Shown: positions 14,437 to 26,521 of the stretch, piece by piece
How positions within the stretch are numbered: position 1 is the stretch's first letter
Layout of the letters: every line of letters starts with the position of its first letter
Origin: Atractiella rhizophila
Taxonomy: Eukaryota
DNA: 53,676 bases
Direction of reading: 5' to 3'
Assembly (NCBI GenBank): GCA_021432655.1
Contig: MU271470.1
Location: 1 to 53,676, forward strand
The notes under the pieces: model-generated
What the model saw: the letters and a program-made list of their open reading frames with translations, nothing else
Databases searched by the model: none
What the model was told of the DNA's origin: nothing
Program-made: the position numbers and the translations under genes

Positions 14437-16247
14437 ATGAGTACTTCTCCTTCGAAAGGCAAAGAGCGCGCCGATGTCGAGACTCCCTCTGCAGGTGCAG
14501 AAAAGACGGGGCACCAAGCGACGACGATAATCGTTATAGGGATGGCAGGCTCAGGAAAGTCGACCATGATACAGCGTCTCAACTCCTTCCTGCACACTAA
14601 AAGCAAGAAAAATGAGGAAATAAAGCCCCCTTATCTTATTAATCTTGACCCTGCTGTGAGCAGATTGGGATACGATGATTTTGTTAGCATCGATATAAGG
14701 AACACAGTGGATTATAAAAAGGTCATGCAAGAGTGAGTAGTTGCTCTCCCTCTACTGTTTGGATATTGGGTGGAGCGGTGTGTGCACACCTTCGTATACT
14801 GGACCATTGGATTTTTCGCTCTGCTTACGTACACAAAGCAGCTCTTCTGCATACTTTTCGTCGCCACAAGTATCCTTTAAGGAGTGGCGTTAGTTTCATG
14901 GCAACAATCGGCCACATTCCCCTGGATTACCCATCTTGTTTATTTGTTTGAGAACCCTGTAATGCTACTTTGTCTGAAGATTACTTCAGCGCTTCTTTCT
15001 CTTAGACTGCAATTGAACTCTCTTACCAACGAAGGCCCGCCCCTGACTGCTTTTTCTGGAAGGTACAACCTGGGACCAAACGGCGCGATTCTTACGTCTC
15101 TGAACCTCTTTACTACGAAATTTGACCAAGTGCTCTCCTACATGGAAAAGCGCGCCACAACGGTGGAGTACCTATTTCAACCCTGTCCCTCTCTCCTTCT
15201 GGAGTTCAAGGTGTTACATGTTGGGACAGTCACATAATAATTGATACCCCCGGTCAAATTGAGATTTTCACCTGGTCTGCTTCTGGAGCGATTATCACAG
15301 ACGCCATCAGCTCGAGTCTTCCCACTATGGTAGCATACATTATCGATACCCCACGGAGCACAGAGACACCTTCTACGTTTATGAGCAACATGTTATATGC
15401 GTGCAGGTTCGTGTCCACTTCAATTTCTCAAAGCTGAGGAGGGAAGAAACGAATAGCATTCTGTACAAAACCAAACTCCCATTCCTACTCGTCTTCAACA
15501 AAACTGATGTCAAGTCCCACCATCAGGCCCTGGAGTGGATGAGAGATTTCGAGGCTTTTCAGAAGGCTCTGATCGATAAGAGGAGGTCTAAACAGGCAGA
15601 TGAGGGATCAAATTATATGGATGATTTGATGAATAGTATGAGCTTGGTGTTGGATGAATTTTACAAAAATCTGCGAGTTCGTTGCTTTCGCTGCATTTGA
15701 GAACGATGATGGATATGGACGATAATAGGCTGTCGGGGTCTCCGCCATGACAGGAGAGGGGATTCAAGACTTCTTCGATGCCGTTGAAGAGTGTCGAAAA
15801 GAATATGAGACGTACGCGTCTCTGCTCATGGGACACGAAGCCTGATCACTCTGACAGCGATTATCGAGCCGAGATTCAGAAGCGGAAAGAAGAAAAGGTA
15901 ATCCCTCAATTTCTGACGTGTTCGTGGTTGAATGTTGGTTGCAGGAGAAAAACCTAGAGACGTTGAAGAAAGAGCAGCTTTCCCGTCTGATGGAAGACAT
16001 GAAAGTCTCTTCTGCACCAGCTGGCGGAAATGTTCCAGGGGGAACTTCAAAAGCAGCAGACGAATCGAAGTATGAGGGGATCCTTCTTCCAGATGACGAA
16101 GAGGACGAGGATGAGAGAAGAAAAAGGCGAAGACGACAAAGGGGAATAGAGGAGGATGAAGATGATGATTTTGACCAAGACGAAGATGATGCGGATGAGT
16201 ACATGGATGAAGGTAGTACTTTGTTTGCATCGCAGGAAGAAGACTGA
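14437..16247 (+). CDS. GPN1: GPN-loop GTPase 1 (Npa3/XAB1), RNA polymerase II biogenesis factor
   Basis: [11 protein letters not shown]-loop, [64 protein letters not shown] and an acidic C-terminus. Confidence 0.95.
14768..14909 (+). ncRNA. Candidate intronic box H/ACA snoRNA in GPN1 intron 1
   Basis: Lies in a 330-nt intron (14733-15062). Hairpin 1: GGGTGGAGCG 14768-14777 / CGCTCTGCTT 14817-14826. H box ACACAA 14831-14836. Hairpin 2: CGCCAC 14862-14867 / GTGGCG 14884-14889, with an internal loop and a lower stem. ACA at 14904-14906 lies 14 nt from the upper stem. Confidence 0.55.
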
Positions 16248-16542
16248 TATTTGCTGATGAAGATCGAGAGCGATACATGCGGTTTCCTCCACCTAAGCGT
16301 GGGGGCTTTGAGGATGATGGGATGGGAGGAAGATGGCCAGCTCCTGGGGGGCGATAGCCATCTTTGGACTGTGAAAGCTTTCAAAGAAGGAACCAATTGT
16401 TGAATGTGATGTATCAAACATAAGCTAGCAATTGCACACGTTTTTATTGTTGTCAATACCAAACATTTCGAATGGCAGAAGGAACAGAAGTACAGGTACT
16501 GAAAACAAATTCCGGATTGTGATACATCTTGGGTCCTTTCGT

Positions 16543-17608
16543 TTACGCTATTCTCGAAATTAGTTTGTTACGCAGAGCGAAGGGAGGTACAGGACACACC
16601 AGGGTCTTCAATGCTCCCAATATAGTTTGACGGCCCTGGAGGGTTATAAGCTTCTTCCTCGCCAAAGTCTCCTTCTTTCTCTTCTTCCTCTTTCTTCTTC
16701 CTCTCCTCTTCTTCTTTGGCGTGCTTCTTATGCTCTAAATCCTCCCAAACCGCCTGCCGTTTATCCCAGCTCGTATTCCCATCGAAATACAAAATCTTCG
16801 TCAATGCAGGTTTAGAAGAATCGGTGAACTCGTGTCGAGAAGAGGATCTCAAACTCTGCCCCTTACGCGTTATGCCACTAACAGACAAAGTAGCAAGAAA
16901 TGGGCCACGGTGAAGGACTATTTGAAGCAGAGTTAGCATGAGAAGAGGAGGAAGGGAAGGGAAACGAACCAACAAGAGCGGTTGGCAGATTCGCCGGGAT
17001 GGTCCCGTTTGAACCTTTTGCTAGGGAAATTTTCCAGGTCACACTGTTCGTCTCAACGCCTGCATATCACATTCGTTAGTCAACGTATGTTGGACCGGCG
17101 ACCCCAGAATCGCAAATCACAACTTTAAACCTCGCACCGCCAATAAATAAGAAAAGGCTCACCCGCTCCAGTGATGGAGATATCTAGTCTGGTTCTCCAT
17201 TCAGGTCCCCATTCAGATCCAAGCAAGTGATGACTGGCTCTCTCCCAGACTTTGCTCTGATCACCATCCGTATCCAGCAATCCAGGTCTGACCTTCCTCT
17301 TCGGCCTAGGAGCTTCCTTCCCATCTTTATACTTCTCTGGATTCAAGGCTACGATGGTCGGTTCCCTCTGTGCGTCCTTACCCTTGAACAACTTGAGGTT
17401 GAGAATCAGTGAAACGACGTGATCCTGCGAGGCCGTAAACTCGGGAGTGAGGGTTATAGCGAGAGAAGTGAAAGCGAAGAAGGATTTGGTGTGAGGAAGT
17501 CCCGATTGCTCGTACTTGAGCAAGTTGCGAGAGATCCTGACTCTGGATGGAGCGGTTGAGCAGATTCAGCGCTTGAAAGCTGGGTACCTACTTCAGAGGG
17601 TCCGACAT
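16543..17608 (-). CDS. Hypothetical multi-exon protein; C-terminal region weakly resembles RNase P/MRP subunit Rpp40
   Basis: ATG 17608 (MSDPL) is spliced via GTAGGT..CAG to ORF 17125-17523, then to ORF 16568-16975 (PFLATLSVSG...HEF...LYFDG). Boundaries are approximate. Confidence 0.5.
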
Positions 17609-17910
17609 GAAGGATAGGGGTACCAATGGCTGACTGAAAAGCAAGAGGTTGGGTATCTTTCTTCAGAGTCGTTGGCCCACTGGCAGACGCGAGGAATCAA
17701 ACTGTCACGTACAGACGTGCGTTGCAGCGGTCTCCGAAGTATTGTACTCCACCGTCTCATCTCACGTGATGAGACGAGACTTTCCATTTCCTGACATCGT
17801 CGTTACTTTTGATGGAAATTGCTATTTGTATTGGCACGGTAGAGCAACAAAGCAAGGCAAGAGAGTCAGCGTGAATGTTAATGAATGCAGTTTGCGACGA
17901 GGGACATCCA

Positions 17911-19196
17911 TCAAAGCTTAGCCTTTGGCTTGCTATCTGATTCGAGGGGGAAAGAATTCCAAGGATTCGACGTGTCATTCTTAGCGGGAACAGGGTCGAC
18001 CCAGACAGTGCTCCTCTTCTGCAAAGCGGCGAACATGATTATAAGTTTTCTTTAGAGCAGAAGACGGACCTCTGAAAATGCACGCAAACCTTCCAAGTGG
18101 TTTTTTGAGAGAATCATGTGCCCGTATGTGCCAGATTTTGCGATGCCTTCAATCACAGACTGCATACCATGTCCGTTCTTTGTCGCCCAGATTGACTTCT
18201 TCGAGAGCTGTACGCTTTCAGGGCAGTTCTACCTTGTATGTTAGCCTCGGAGGCACCAATATAACAAAGCAGGCAAACGAACTTCTCGAAGCTTTTCTGC
18301 CCACTGTAAAGCTGTCGGCAGTACCTTCGCGGCAGGGACCACCTCGTTAATTATTCCCCATTTTTGTGCTTCCGTATACGGGATGGGCTCGCCGATCAAC
18401 TAATGCGACCAACCCTGAGCTCCCGAGCTGTAAGACAGGGACGGAACGTACAAAGAGCTTCGCAGCGATGGGGTAAGGAATAAATTGAGGGAGCGAAGCC
18501 AAGGCACCTTGAGCAGCAGCGACTCCTCGCTTCACCTCAGGAAAGCCTAGCACACCACCTTCCGCTGCGACGACGAGATCGGCGTTGACCACCATCTCGG
18601 CCCCGCCCCCCAATGCAGACCCGTTTAAGGCGAGAATGAGAGGTTTCGTGGTGAACCGTCGAGAGATGGAGCCGAAACCGTGCTTGTTATTGAAGAATTG
18701 GTCGTTTACATTGTTATCGGTAGACGGTTTCATGTTACTTGACTTCACTAGCCAGCCTATTCCGGATTAAGCCACAATACTCAATTTCGGCGCTCAAGAT
18801 GTGTGCGGCCAATCTCACCTTTCAGGTCTTGACCAGCGCAGAAGAAGCGGCCATTGGCTTGACATAACGTGAGCGCATTTTTATGAACAAATTATCAGCG
18901 TACCTGTCACAATAGCTACCCAGAGGGAAGGCTGAAGAAGTGGTTCAAGCTGTGTTTGGGGGATTATAAATAATGGATAATGCGAACCTCTTCCTCGAAC
19001 CAATCCAAGACTTTACAGAGATCGGCCTGCAACTAAACAATTGTTCGGAACAGATATGCGATTGTAGACGAAATGGCTCAACGTTGTCATCCATTGCATT
19101 CAATGCTTTGGGTTTATTTAGTGTGAGTATCAAGATTTTGTCGTGAGAGACATCGACAAGAAGGTGACTTCCTGTCCGCGGCGGGATAACAGGCAT
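17911..19196 (-). CDS. Enoyl-CoA hydratase/isomerase (crotonase family) with C-terminal PTS1 (-AKL)
   Basis: LTLNKPKALNAM, VAIVTG, FFCAGQDLK, KPLILALNGSALGGGAEM, GFPEVKRGV. The last exon reads ...DSKPKAKL*. Confidence 0.9.
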
Positions 19197-19386
19197 GGTG
19201 AACAGTAGTAGGGAATTAGAACGAGTTCGAAGGCGACCACTGGGGAGTTGTTGCCAACTTGGTGGTTTCTCAGTTCAAGCTCACATAACATCCCGGGACG
19301 CCGGCGTTTTGCACCAGCCGGGTTTTTGTCACCTGACCAAACACAAAGCAACAACTGAAAGCTGGTAAGCTGGAATATCGCAATTT

Positions 19387-21936
19387 CTAAGAATCATTGT
19401 CCCCTAGGAACAGCGAAATGGCATAGCAAGAAGAAGACAGAGAAGCTGTAGCCATGACTGGAATCCGTTGACCATGGCACCCAAATTTCTCCAATAATTC
19501 TGCGTTTTCTTGTTTTCAGCAAAGAAATCAGAGTCAGGCTTATGACATACCGAAGTTGATGTCCGACCTATAAATCAATCTAGTAGAAAAAGACTTTCTC
19601 GCCAGTTCATTATAGCGAGACAGTGACTTCTCTGGCGCATCGGTCGTCCAACTTGCTTGAGCTGAGAACGATTTGCTGTTGGTTTGTATGCTCCACTCTA
19701 CGCCATCGTCCACCTCTGTGAAATATTATGAGTTCGCGCATGGTGAATTAAATAACTATTACCCGTAGACAATATGGGAACGTCATTAGATTCATAATCG
19801 TCATCCTGTGTTTGATGTACGCCAGTTTGATAGGTGCATTGCCATTCAATCTGTGCGTTTTTTGGGAGACAGCTGGCTGCAACAAAACAGACTGGTGGTT
19901 GCACAGAAAGCTATGAAGAAGTCAATTTTGATGCATCAAAGGTGAAAACGTGTACCTTTTTAGAGAAAGATCTCCATACTGCTCGTGCAATGTCCAGTTG
20001 AGGCCCCCAATCGTTTGACGTTGGTCTGATCCAACAGATGCAAGAGTCCATCCACCCTTCCCAACCGCCGCCGGTGTTAGACCTCACAGCGTCGATTACG
20101 CTTTGTACGTGAAGGAGGGAGGAGATGGCATGTGATGTAAAATCCTCGTTCGATGGCAATTCGAGGACGTGTGGGATGAGAGGGATTTGTCCAGCGATAA
20201 AAACTCGTCCACCAACCTAGTATAAGATCAATGAATGTCTCGGTTTATTGCACAGACACACACTCACAGTGATAGCTTGGGAATAAGGCCCTATGTTGGC
20301 AGGAGCCCAATAGCTCAGGCTTTGGACGTGAAGTCCCAGCCTGCTGTCTTGGGGCGCAACTCTCCGCGCTACAACGTCGACAAGGACTCGGCTAGACTCA
20401 TCCAGCTGTACTGAGACGCAGGCCCGAGAAGGGGGAGATGGAAAAGTGAAATATTGTTTGTAAATGTTGTTGATAGTACCGAAATCCTTCATGGCGTCTG
20501 GGGAGAGATACAGGTTAACATGAGCAATGTTACTGAAGTGTAGTCCATGGTTTGTCAGCGCGCCTGTTCATATAAATGAATATTGAGAGGAAGGAAGGGC
20601 GGTGCTGTGAGGATCTTACATTCTAATGCTGAGAAAGCGGCTACAATTTCCTCCTCCAATGTGAGATCACTTCCTCCATAGATGCCAGAGATCCCGATCC
20701 ATCCATTCGGGGTCTCATTGAAGTGTATTTCTTGAGACAAGGAACGTCGGGGGAGGATATTACTGATTGCAAAAGGAGTGGCTTCCTTGGGATCCAAGTC
20801 TAATAATGAATATGTGGGATGATGTTGACTAGACTTACTACTTGTTGATCAGCAACGCTCGATGTTAGGAGTAATCGTCCTTCAGTGTTGGTTTCTGGGA
20901 TATCTACGATATTTTTGATAAAGCTTTGGTCGTCGGGACTGTCACCGCATCCACAAAAGGTGAAATGATCCTTCTCCTCCAAAACTGCATCCAGGATGCG
21001 TATGTATGCTACTGGTGCAATGGGCGAAGGATCGGTAATGATCTTTTGTGTTTGCTTCCTATATAAGAAAATTCAACCAGCGGGACGAAGTGGAGTGACT
21101 GGAGGCAGACAATACTATCCGCTTCTTGAAAATAGGAGAATCAAGAGTGAATGTTTCGTACTCGCCACCTTCACCACAAGGATGTAGGCCATATTTTTCA
21201 TTCTACCACCATTTCCTTGAGCCAAAATCAGGTAGGGGAATTGAAGACGTCACCAAGCGAAGCATTTTTGTGAGAAATGGGGCTGAACAAACATTCGTGC
21301 CTAAATCCCTTTCATCCAACCCCATTCCGGCGACTTTAATCACGACACTTTCCATTCCCGCTCTTGACATTTCCGATAGTAGCTCCACTTGAGACCTCTG
21401 CCACAGTGGCGCGATGGAGACAAGGGAATGGCGACGACAGCTGTGGAGAATAATAGATTGAGCGGACTGTGATTCCTCGTCAAGACAGGCTCACACATCC
21501 TCGACGCGGACTCTTTGATAATGGCTCAGAATAGCGCCACTGCAGACAGCATTCGCTTCAGGGATCGCATTCTTGATCAAGTCCAGAAGCTCGTAGAGAT
21601 CCTCTGTTTCATCCTTTTCCTTCCCCGTCGAATGTGTGTACTCTGAGGAGGTTTGGACGGAAGCACCCGTGATAGTTTTGCTAAAAAAAGGTAACCCGAT
21701 TGCTTGAGCTATGAGTTCGACTTGAGCTTGGCCAACAGATTGATAAAGGAATGAATCGAGTTCGTCTACCAGACAATGAAACGTTATCTGAATATTCTTC
21801 AGAAGAATAGCTCACCAACTCCTTTCTGTGGGCTTAAGTTACCAATAGCTACTATTCGGTGCCCTTGCCGGATGCAATGCAACATAGCAAAGCAAGAATC
21901 TTTCCCGCCTGAAAGCAGTGCGATGACATTATACAT
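19387..21936 (-). CDS. DPH6: Diphthine-ammonia ligase with C-terminal RidA/YjgF-like domains
   Basis: MYNVIALLSGGKDSC, DELDSFLYQSVG, DETEDLYELL, GAILSHYQRVRVE, VIKVAGMGL, PCGEGGEYET, PPSRACV, LHVQSLSYWAPANIGPYSQA, LPKNAQIEW. Confidence 0.93.
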
Positions 21937-22244
21937 GTTCCAGTGTGCTAATGGTATTGTTCAGAGAAAATTTCACATGATGGATCGATAAGATAGAAGA
22001 AAATAACATTATTTCTTCTAACTTTTAACACCTCTTCGAATAAAGATTGAGACTCGACTGGATTCTTGATCATAAAGTCCAAAGAGACTATTCAGCGCTA
22101 TTTACGGTGAAGTAAGCTGTCTGAAGCACACACCTTCCTCTTGCACTATATCAACTTCTTTGGATAAGAGAGCAGACTTTTGGAGCTTGGTGGCATCCAA
22201 CAAATCGCTAGCGCTTATCAGCGCCGATCACGTGGGTCAAACCC

Positions 22245-25200
22245 ATGTTACGACCTCGTCGCGTCGCGTTCCCTGTCCCTCTCCACGACGCTCTCATTCG
22301 TGTATCTCTAAATCCTGCTCCAATTCGTCAAACGCACCTAGGCATATCTTTTCAGTATGTTCTTCCAACTTCTCCCACGTTTTGACTCAACGAACCCCAC
22401 CCACAAGACTTGCTGAGTTTTTAAAGAGCAAGCGAAGCATGAAGCAGGTCAGAGTGGATGGAATGTTCAAGAAGATGGGCACTACGGCCCAAGTTAAGAG
22501 CAGTGATGGGAAAGTAACGAAACAAAAACGTAAAGAGAGCTCGGATGTAGAGATGGATGACGGTGAAGATGGTATGTTCCTCCTATTGCGGAGCAAAATG
22601 GGATAGGGAGAGTATGTGCTATTCATGCACTACTGATGTTGATTTGTCATGACTATTGTGAATGAGGGATTGACATAGACCCATTGTAGGCAAAGCCTCG
22701 ACTTCTCGGAGCAGGCGGGCACAATCTGCAGCCTCGTCCGAAGAAGAGAGTGTGCCGGCGCGTGCGAAAACGAAACCTTCCAAAAAGCGGGTCATTGCTT
22801 CTGAATCAGAGTCGGACCATGATACTGCCCCTCGGAATATTCCAACGAAGATGTCAAAGTCAGATAGTCCAGGCAGCGAGAACGGCAAGATGACGAAGAA
22901 GGCAAAGGAAATACAACTCACCGGGAATAAACTTAAAAGGAAGAAGGAGCCGGACCATGGTGACGCCGAGGAGGTTGAGGCGAAGAAGAAGCGCGTTGAA
23001 AAGACGAAAGATAATAAAGGGACAAAATCCAAGCTTGCTTCCTCCCGCAAGAACACCGTCAAAGAAGTCTGTTTTCTCTTTTTAATCTGCCTCGAGCTAA
23101 AGCGATACCACAGACTGAGGAAGAGGAGATTGATGAGGGTGTCACGTCAGACCGACTTGGGACAGACGATGACCAAAAGGCGAAACTTGAGAAGGAGGAG
23201 GAGGAAGTCGAGGAAGAAGAAGAAAGTGAAGAGGAGGAAAAGGAAGTAGCCGTCAAAATGCGAGTCCCCTCTATCTTTCTGCACTTGACCACTACATGCT
23301 CACGAGTCGTTTAGGGCTGAAATTTTTGTGAAGAAAGCTAAAGGCCAATCTTTAAGTTCGAAAGGCCCCAAAATCGATTTCAAGCCCAATGATCCGTGCG
23401 TGATATGTCTTGTTCCCCAAAGAATTCAATATGTATCGTGATCCTTCTAGTGTCCCTTATTCAGCACTAGTGTCGACGTTTTCAGCTATCGAGACAACCA
23501 CTAAGCGCCTAGAGATTCAATCACTGTTAACCGACCTGTTGGAGGAAGTCATCAGAAAACGCCCTGGAGATCTCCTCAAGGTGGTCTACCTCTGCATCAA
23601 TCGTGTACGCTGCCCTCGGGTTACGTGCTGCTGTAGCTAACACAAGGGATGGACGGGGTTGTTAGCTTTGTCCCGACTACGAAGGAGGAGAGCTTGGTGT
23701 GGCTGAAGGTCTCCTCATCAAAGCTATTGCAGATTCAACAGGCAGATCTGCCAAAGACATCAAGAAAGATCTTCAATCGACTGGCGACTTGGGTCTTGTT
23801 GCACAGGCAAGCTTACCTTTGCTACTGCAACATTAGTTGAATGACAATATGTCGTAGAACTCGAGGTCAAAGCAGGTCACCTTGTTTAAACCGAAGCCTT
23901 TGACGATCGACTCTGTTTTCCAAGGACTAAAGGAGATTGCGAACCTCTCTGGACAACAGGTTATCTTTCTCCCCTTTGTCAGGATGATCATGAACGACTT
24001 GTTTATAGTCCCAAAAGGCGAAGCAAGGCAAAATAGCCAAACTCCTCACCTCATGCACACAAAACACTTCGGAAGCCAAATTCATTATTCGGTCAGTAGA
24101 AGGCAAGTTGAGAATTGGGCTCGCGGAAAAGACAGTCCTCGTCTCTCTCGCTCACGCCTTCGTCAACGCCAACAAATGTCAGCAGCCTTTTGACTGCCAT
24201 CTGAATCCTGCTGATCACCCAACTAGCTTCGAAGGCGTCGAAGGAAAACATTGCTGAGGAGTACGAGAATGCCACAACAGTTGTAAAAGCTGTCTTCAGG
24301 TGCGCTTTGCCCACATCAGGACGTTGGCTGTTGTCTTATTTTTTTCTTAAGCGAACTTCCAACATATGACCTCGTCATCCCGGCTTTGTTAGATGGAGGG
24401 ATTGAGGGACTTCGTGACGCATGCAAGCTGACACCAGGTATGACGTCTAACCTTCAGTCCAGATTTTATTAATTCGTCTGAAGGGGTTCCTTTGAAACCT
24501 ATGCTGGCAAAACCGACGAAAGCAATCACAGAGGTCCTCGATCGGTTTGAAGGCAAATCGTTTACCTGCGAATACAAGTATGACGGCGAACGTGCTCAGG
24601 TCCACTATCTCGAAGATGGAACCATGCGCGTCTTTTCGAGGAACTCTGAGGATATGAGCAAGAAGTATCCGGACCTTGTAACACAGATTCCCAAGGTTTG
24701 TTTTCTGCTATGTTGTCTTCGGGAAGCCACGTTCATTGTAACACAGTGCATCCTAAAAGACAAATGTCGGTCTTTCGTCTTAGACTGTGAGGCTGTTGCC
24801 TGGGATCGGGAAGAGACGAAATTGTTGCCTTTCCAGGAGCTGAGCAAGCGGAAGCGGAAGGATGTCAAAGAAGAGGATATCAAGGTACATGTGCATCTCT
24901 TCGCTTTTGACATCTTGTTCTTGAACGGCGAGGTCAGTCATTTCTTCATCTCCTTTCAAAATTAATACATCGCACAGAGCCTGCTTCACATGGACTTTGC
25001 AGAACGACGCAAGCTTCTGTACTCTCATTTCCAAGCTGTCGAAGGCGAGTTTGGCTTCGCCAAGGCGACCGACGCCACAACGGTCGAAGAGATCCAGAGC
25101 TTTCTCGAGCTCAGTGTTAAAGATAGCTGCGAAGGACTCATGGTCAAAATGCTAGAGGGTGATGGGTCAACTTATGAGCCCAGTCGACGCAGCTTGAACT

Positions 25201-25903
25201 GGCTCAAGGTCACGATTCCATTACTCGCAAGTGTACCTAGCTGACTCCCTTTTGCTTGCAGGTGAAGAAAGACTATTTGGCTGGCGTAGGCGACTCATTT
25301 GATCTTGTCGTCATCGGCGCATATCACGGTCGAGGTAAACGAACAAACGTCTACGGTGCCTTCCTCCTGGCATGTTACGATCCTGACTCAGAAACTTATC
25401 AAGCGATATGCAAGATCGGAACTGGGTTCTCGGAAGAGAATTTGGAAGCATTTCACAATGCACTGAAAGAAAACGAAATAACGACCAAGAAAGGTTATTT
25501 CGACATGGGAGACGCGAAACCTGACGTTTACTTTGAGCCAAAAATGGTCTGGGAAGTCCTTGCAGCTGATTTAAGTTTAAGTCCATTATATCCCGCGGCC
25601 AAGGGTCTAGTACGACTTTTATTTCCCTTCTCAATGTGAATGCTGAGCCTTTCGGATAGGTTGGAGATCGTGGTGTATCGCTCCGTTTTCCTCGCTTCAT
25701 CAGAATTCGTGATGACAAGAATCCAGACGATGCGACAACACCAGAACAGGTTGGGATTCGATCCTTAGTACATAAACAATGGATTGACACGTTTTGTGGA
25801 ATAGGTGGCTGAAGCGTATAAAAAGCAAGCTACGGTGACTGCAGGCAAGGGAAGGTTTGGCAAGAAAAAGTCAGCGGGGGATGACGATGACGGATTTTGG
25901 TGA
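22245..25903 (+). CDS. CDC9: DNA ligase I; nuclear start ATG 22439, possible upstream mitochondrial start ATG 22245
   Basis: [20 protein letters not shown], motif [73 protein letters not shown]-box-like KQVRVDGMF at the downstream ATG. Confidence 0.96.
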
Positions 25904-25927
25904 ATTCTTACTTGATAACTCATCGGA

Positions 25928-26521
25928 TTAGTCTTCCATCAGAAGCTCCTCCGTTGCTCCGATATCATAGTCGCGATGATCAATGACATTTTCTTCCCCT
26001 CCCTCCTCACCTTCCGCCTCGGATGATGCTGCGTTTCCAGAATTCTCCTGCTGATAGGCAGCCTGGAGCATTGCGTTCAACTCGTCCGCCGACATGCCCT
26101 GCAACAACTCCTCTAAACTCGCGGCTCCTCCACCGTTCGGGTCGACAGTTATCTTCCCATCCTGCATCTTCAAGCCGCCCAGCTCTCCAATCTTTCCACC
26201 TGCCGTCCCACCACCCGTATTCCCTCTACCCGCACCAGCTCTTCCCACACGACCTTTGGGCCTTGGTTGGGTGAATGACTTATCACTCCGTAGTCGCTGT
26301 TCCTGCAGCCTTTCGAGTTTTTCAGCTTGGTTGGGTGCCATGTAGAGAGCGAGGATGACCATGAGAACGGAGAGGGCGAGAATGGAGAAAACAATCGCCC
26401 GACGAGTTGATTTGGAAGAGAGCAGCGAGCGAATCTTCTCCGCCAACGGAGAAGGCGGGCCGGCTCGTACTCGCTCTTTCTCCCCTTTCTTTTGTGTAGT
26501 AGGATTACGTCCACGAGGCAT
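25928..26521 (-). CDS. Hypothetical single-pass membrane protein (197 aa, intronless)
   Basis: Clean ATG-initiated ORF with a basic N-terminus, one hydrophobic segment (AIVFSILALSVLMVILALYM) and a Gly-rich/acidic C-terminus. Confidence 0.7.
   Translation of the reverse strand: MPRGRNPTTQKKGEKERVRAGPPSPLAEKIRSLLSSKSTRRAIVFSILALSVLMVILALYMAPNQAEKLERLQEQRLRSDKSFTQPRPKGRVGRAGAGRGNTGGGTAGGKIGELGGLKMQDGKITVDPNGGGAASLEELLQGMSADELNAMLQAAYQQENSGNAASSEAEGEEGGEENVIDHRDYDIGATEELLMED

Noticed and set aside
14870..14878. GTATCCTTT matches the U12-type (minor spliceosome) 5' splice-site consensus
   Set aside because: It lies mid-intron inside the hairpin of the snoRNA candidate, no TCCTTAAC-like branch site follows, and the GPN1 frame is explained by the GTGAGT donor at 14733.
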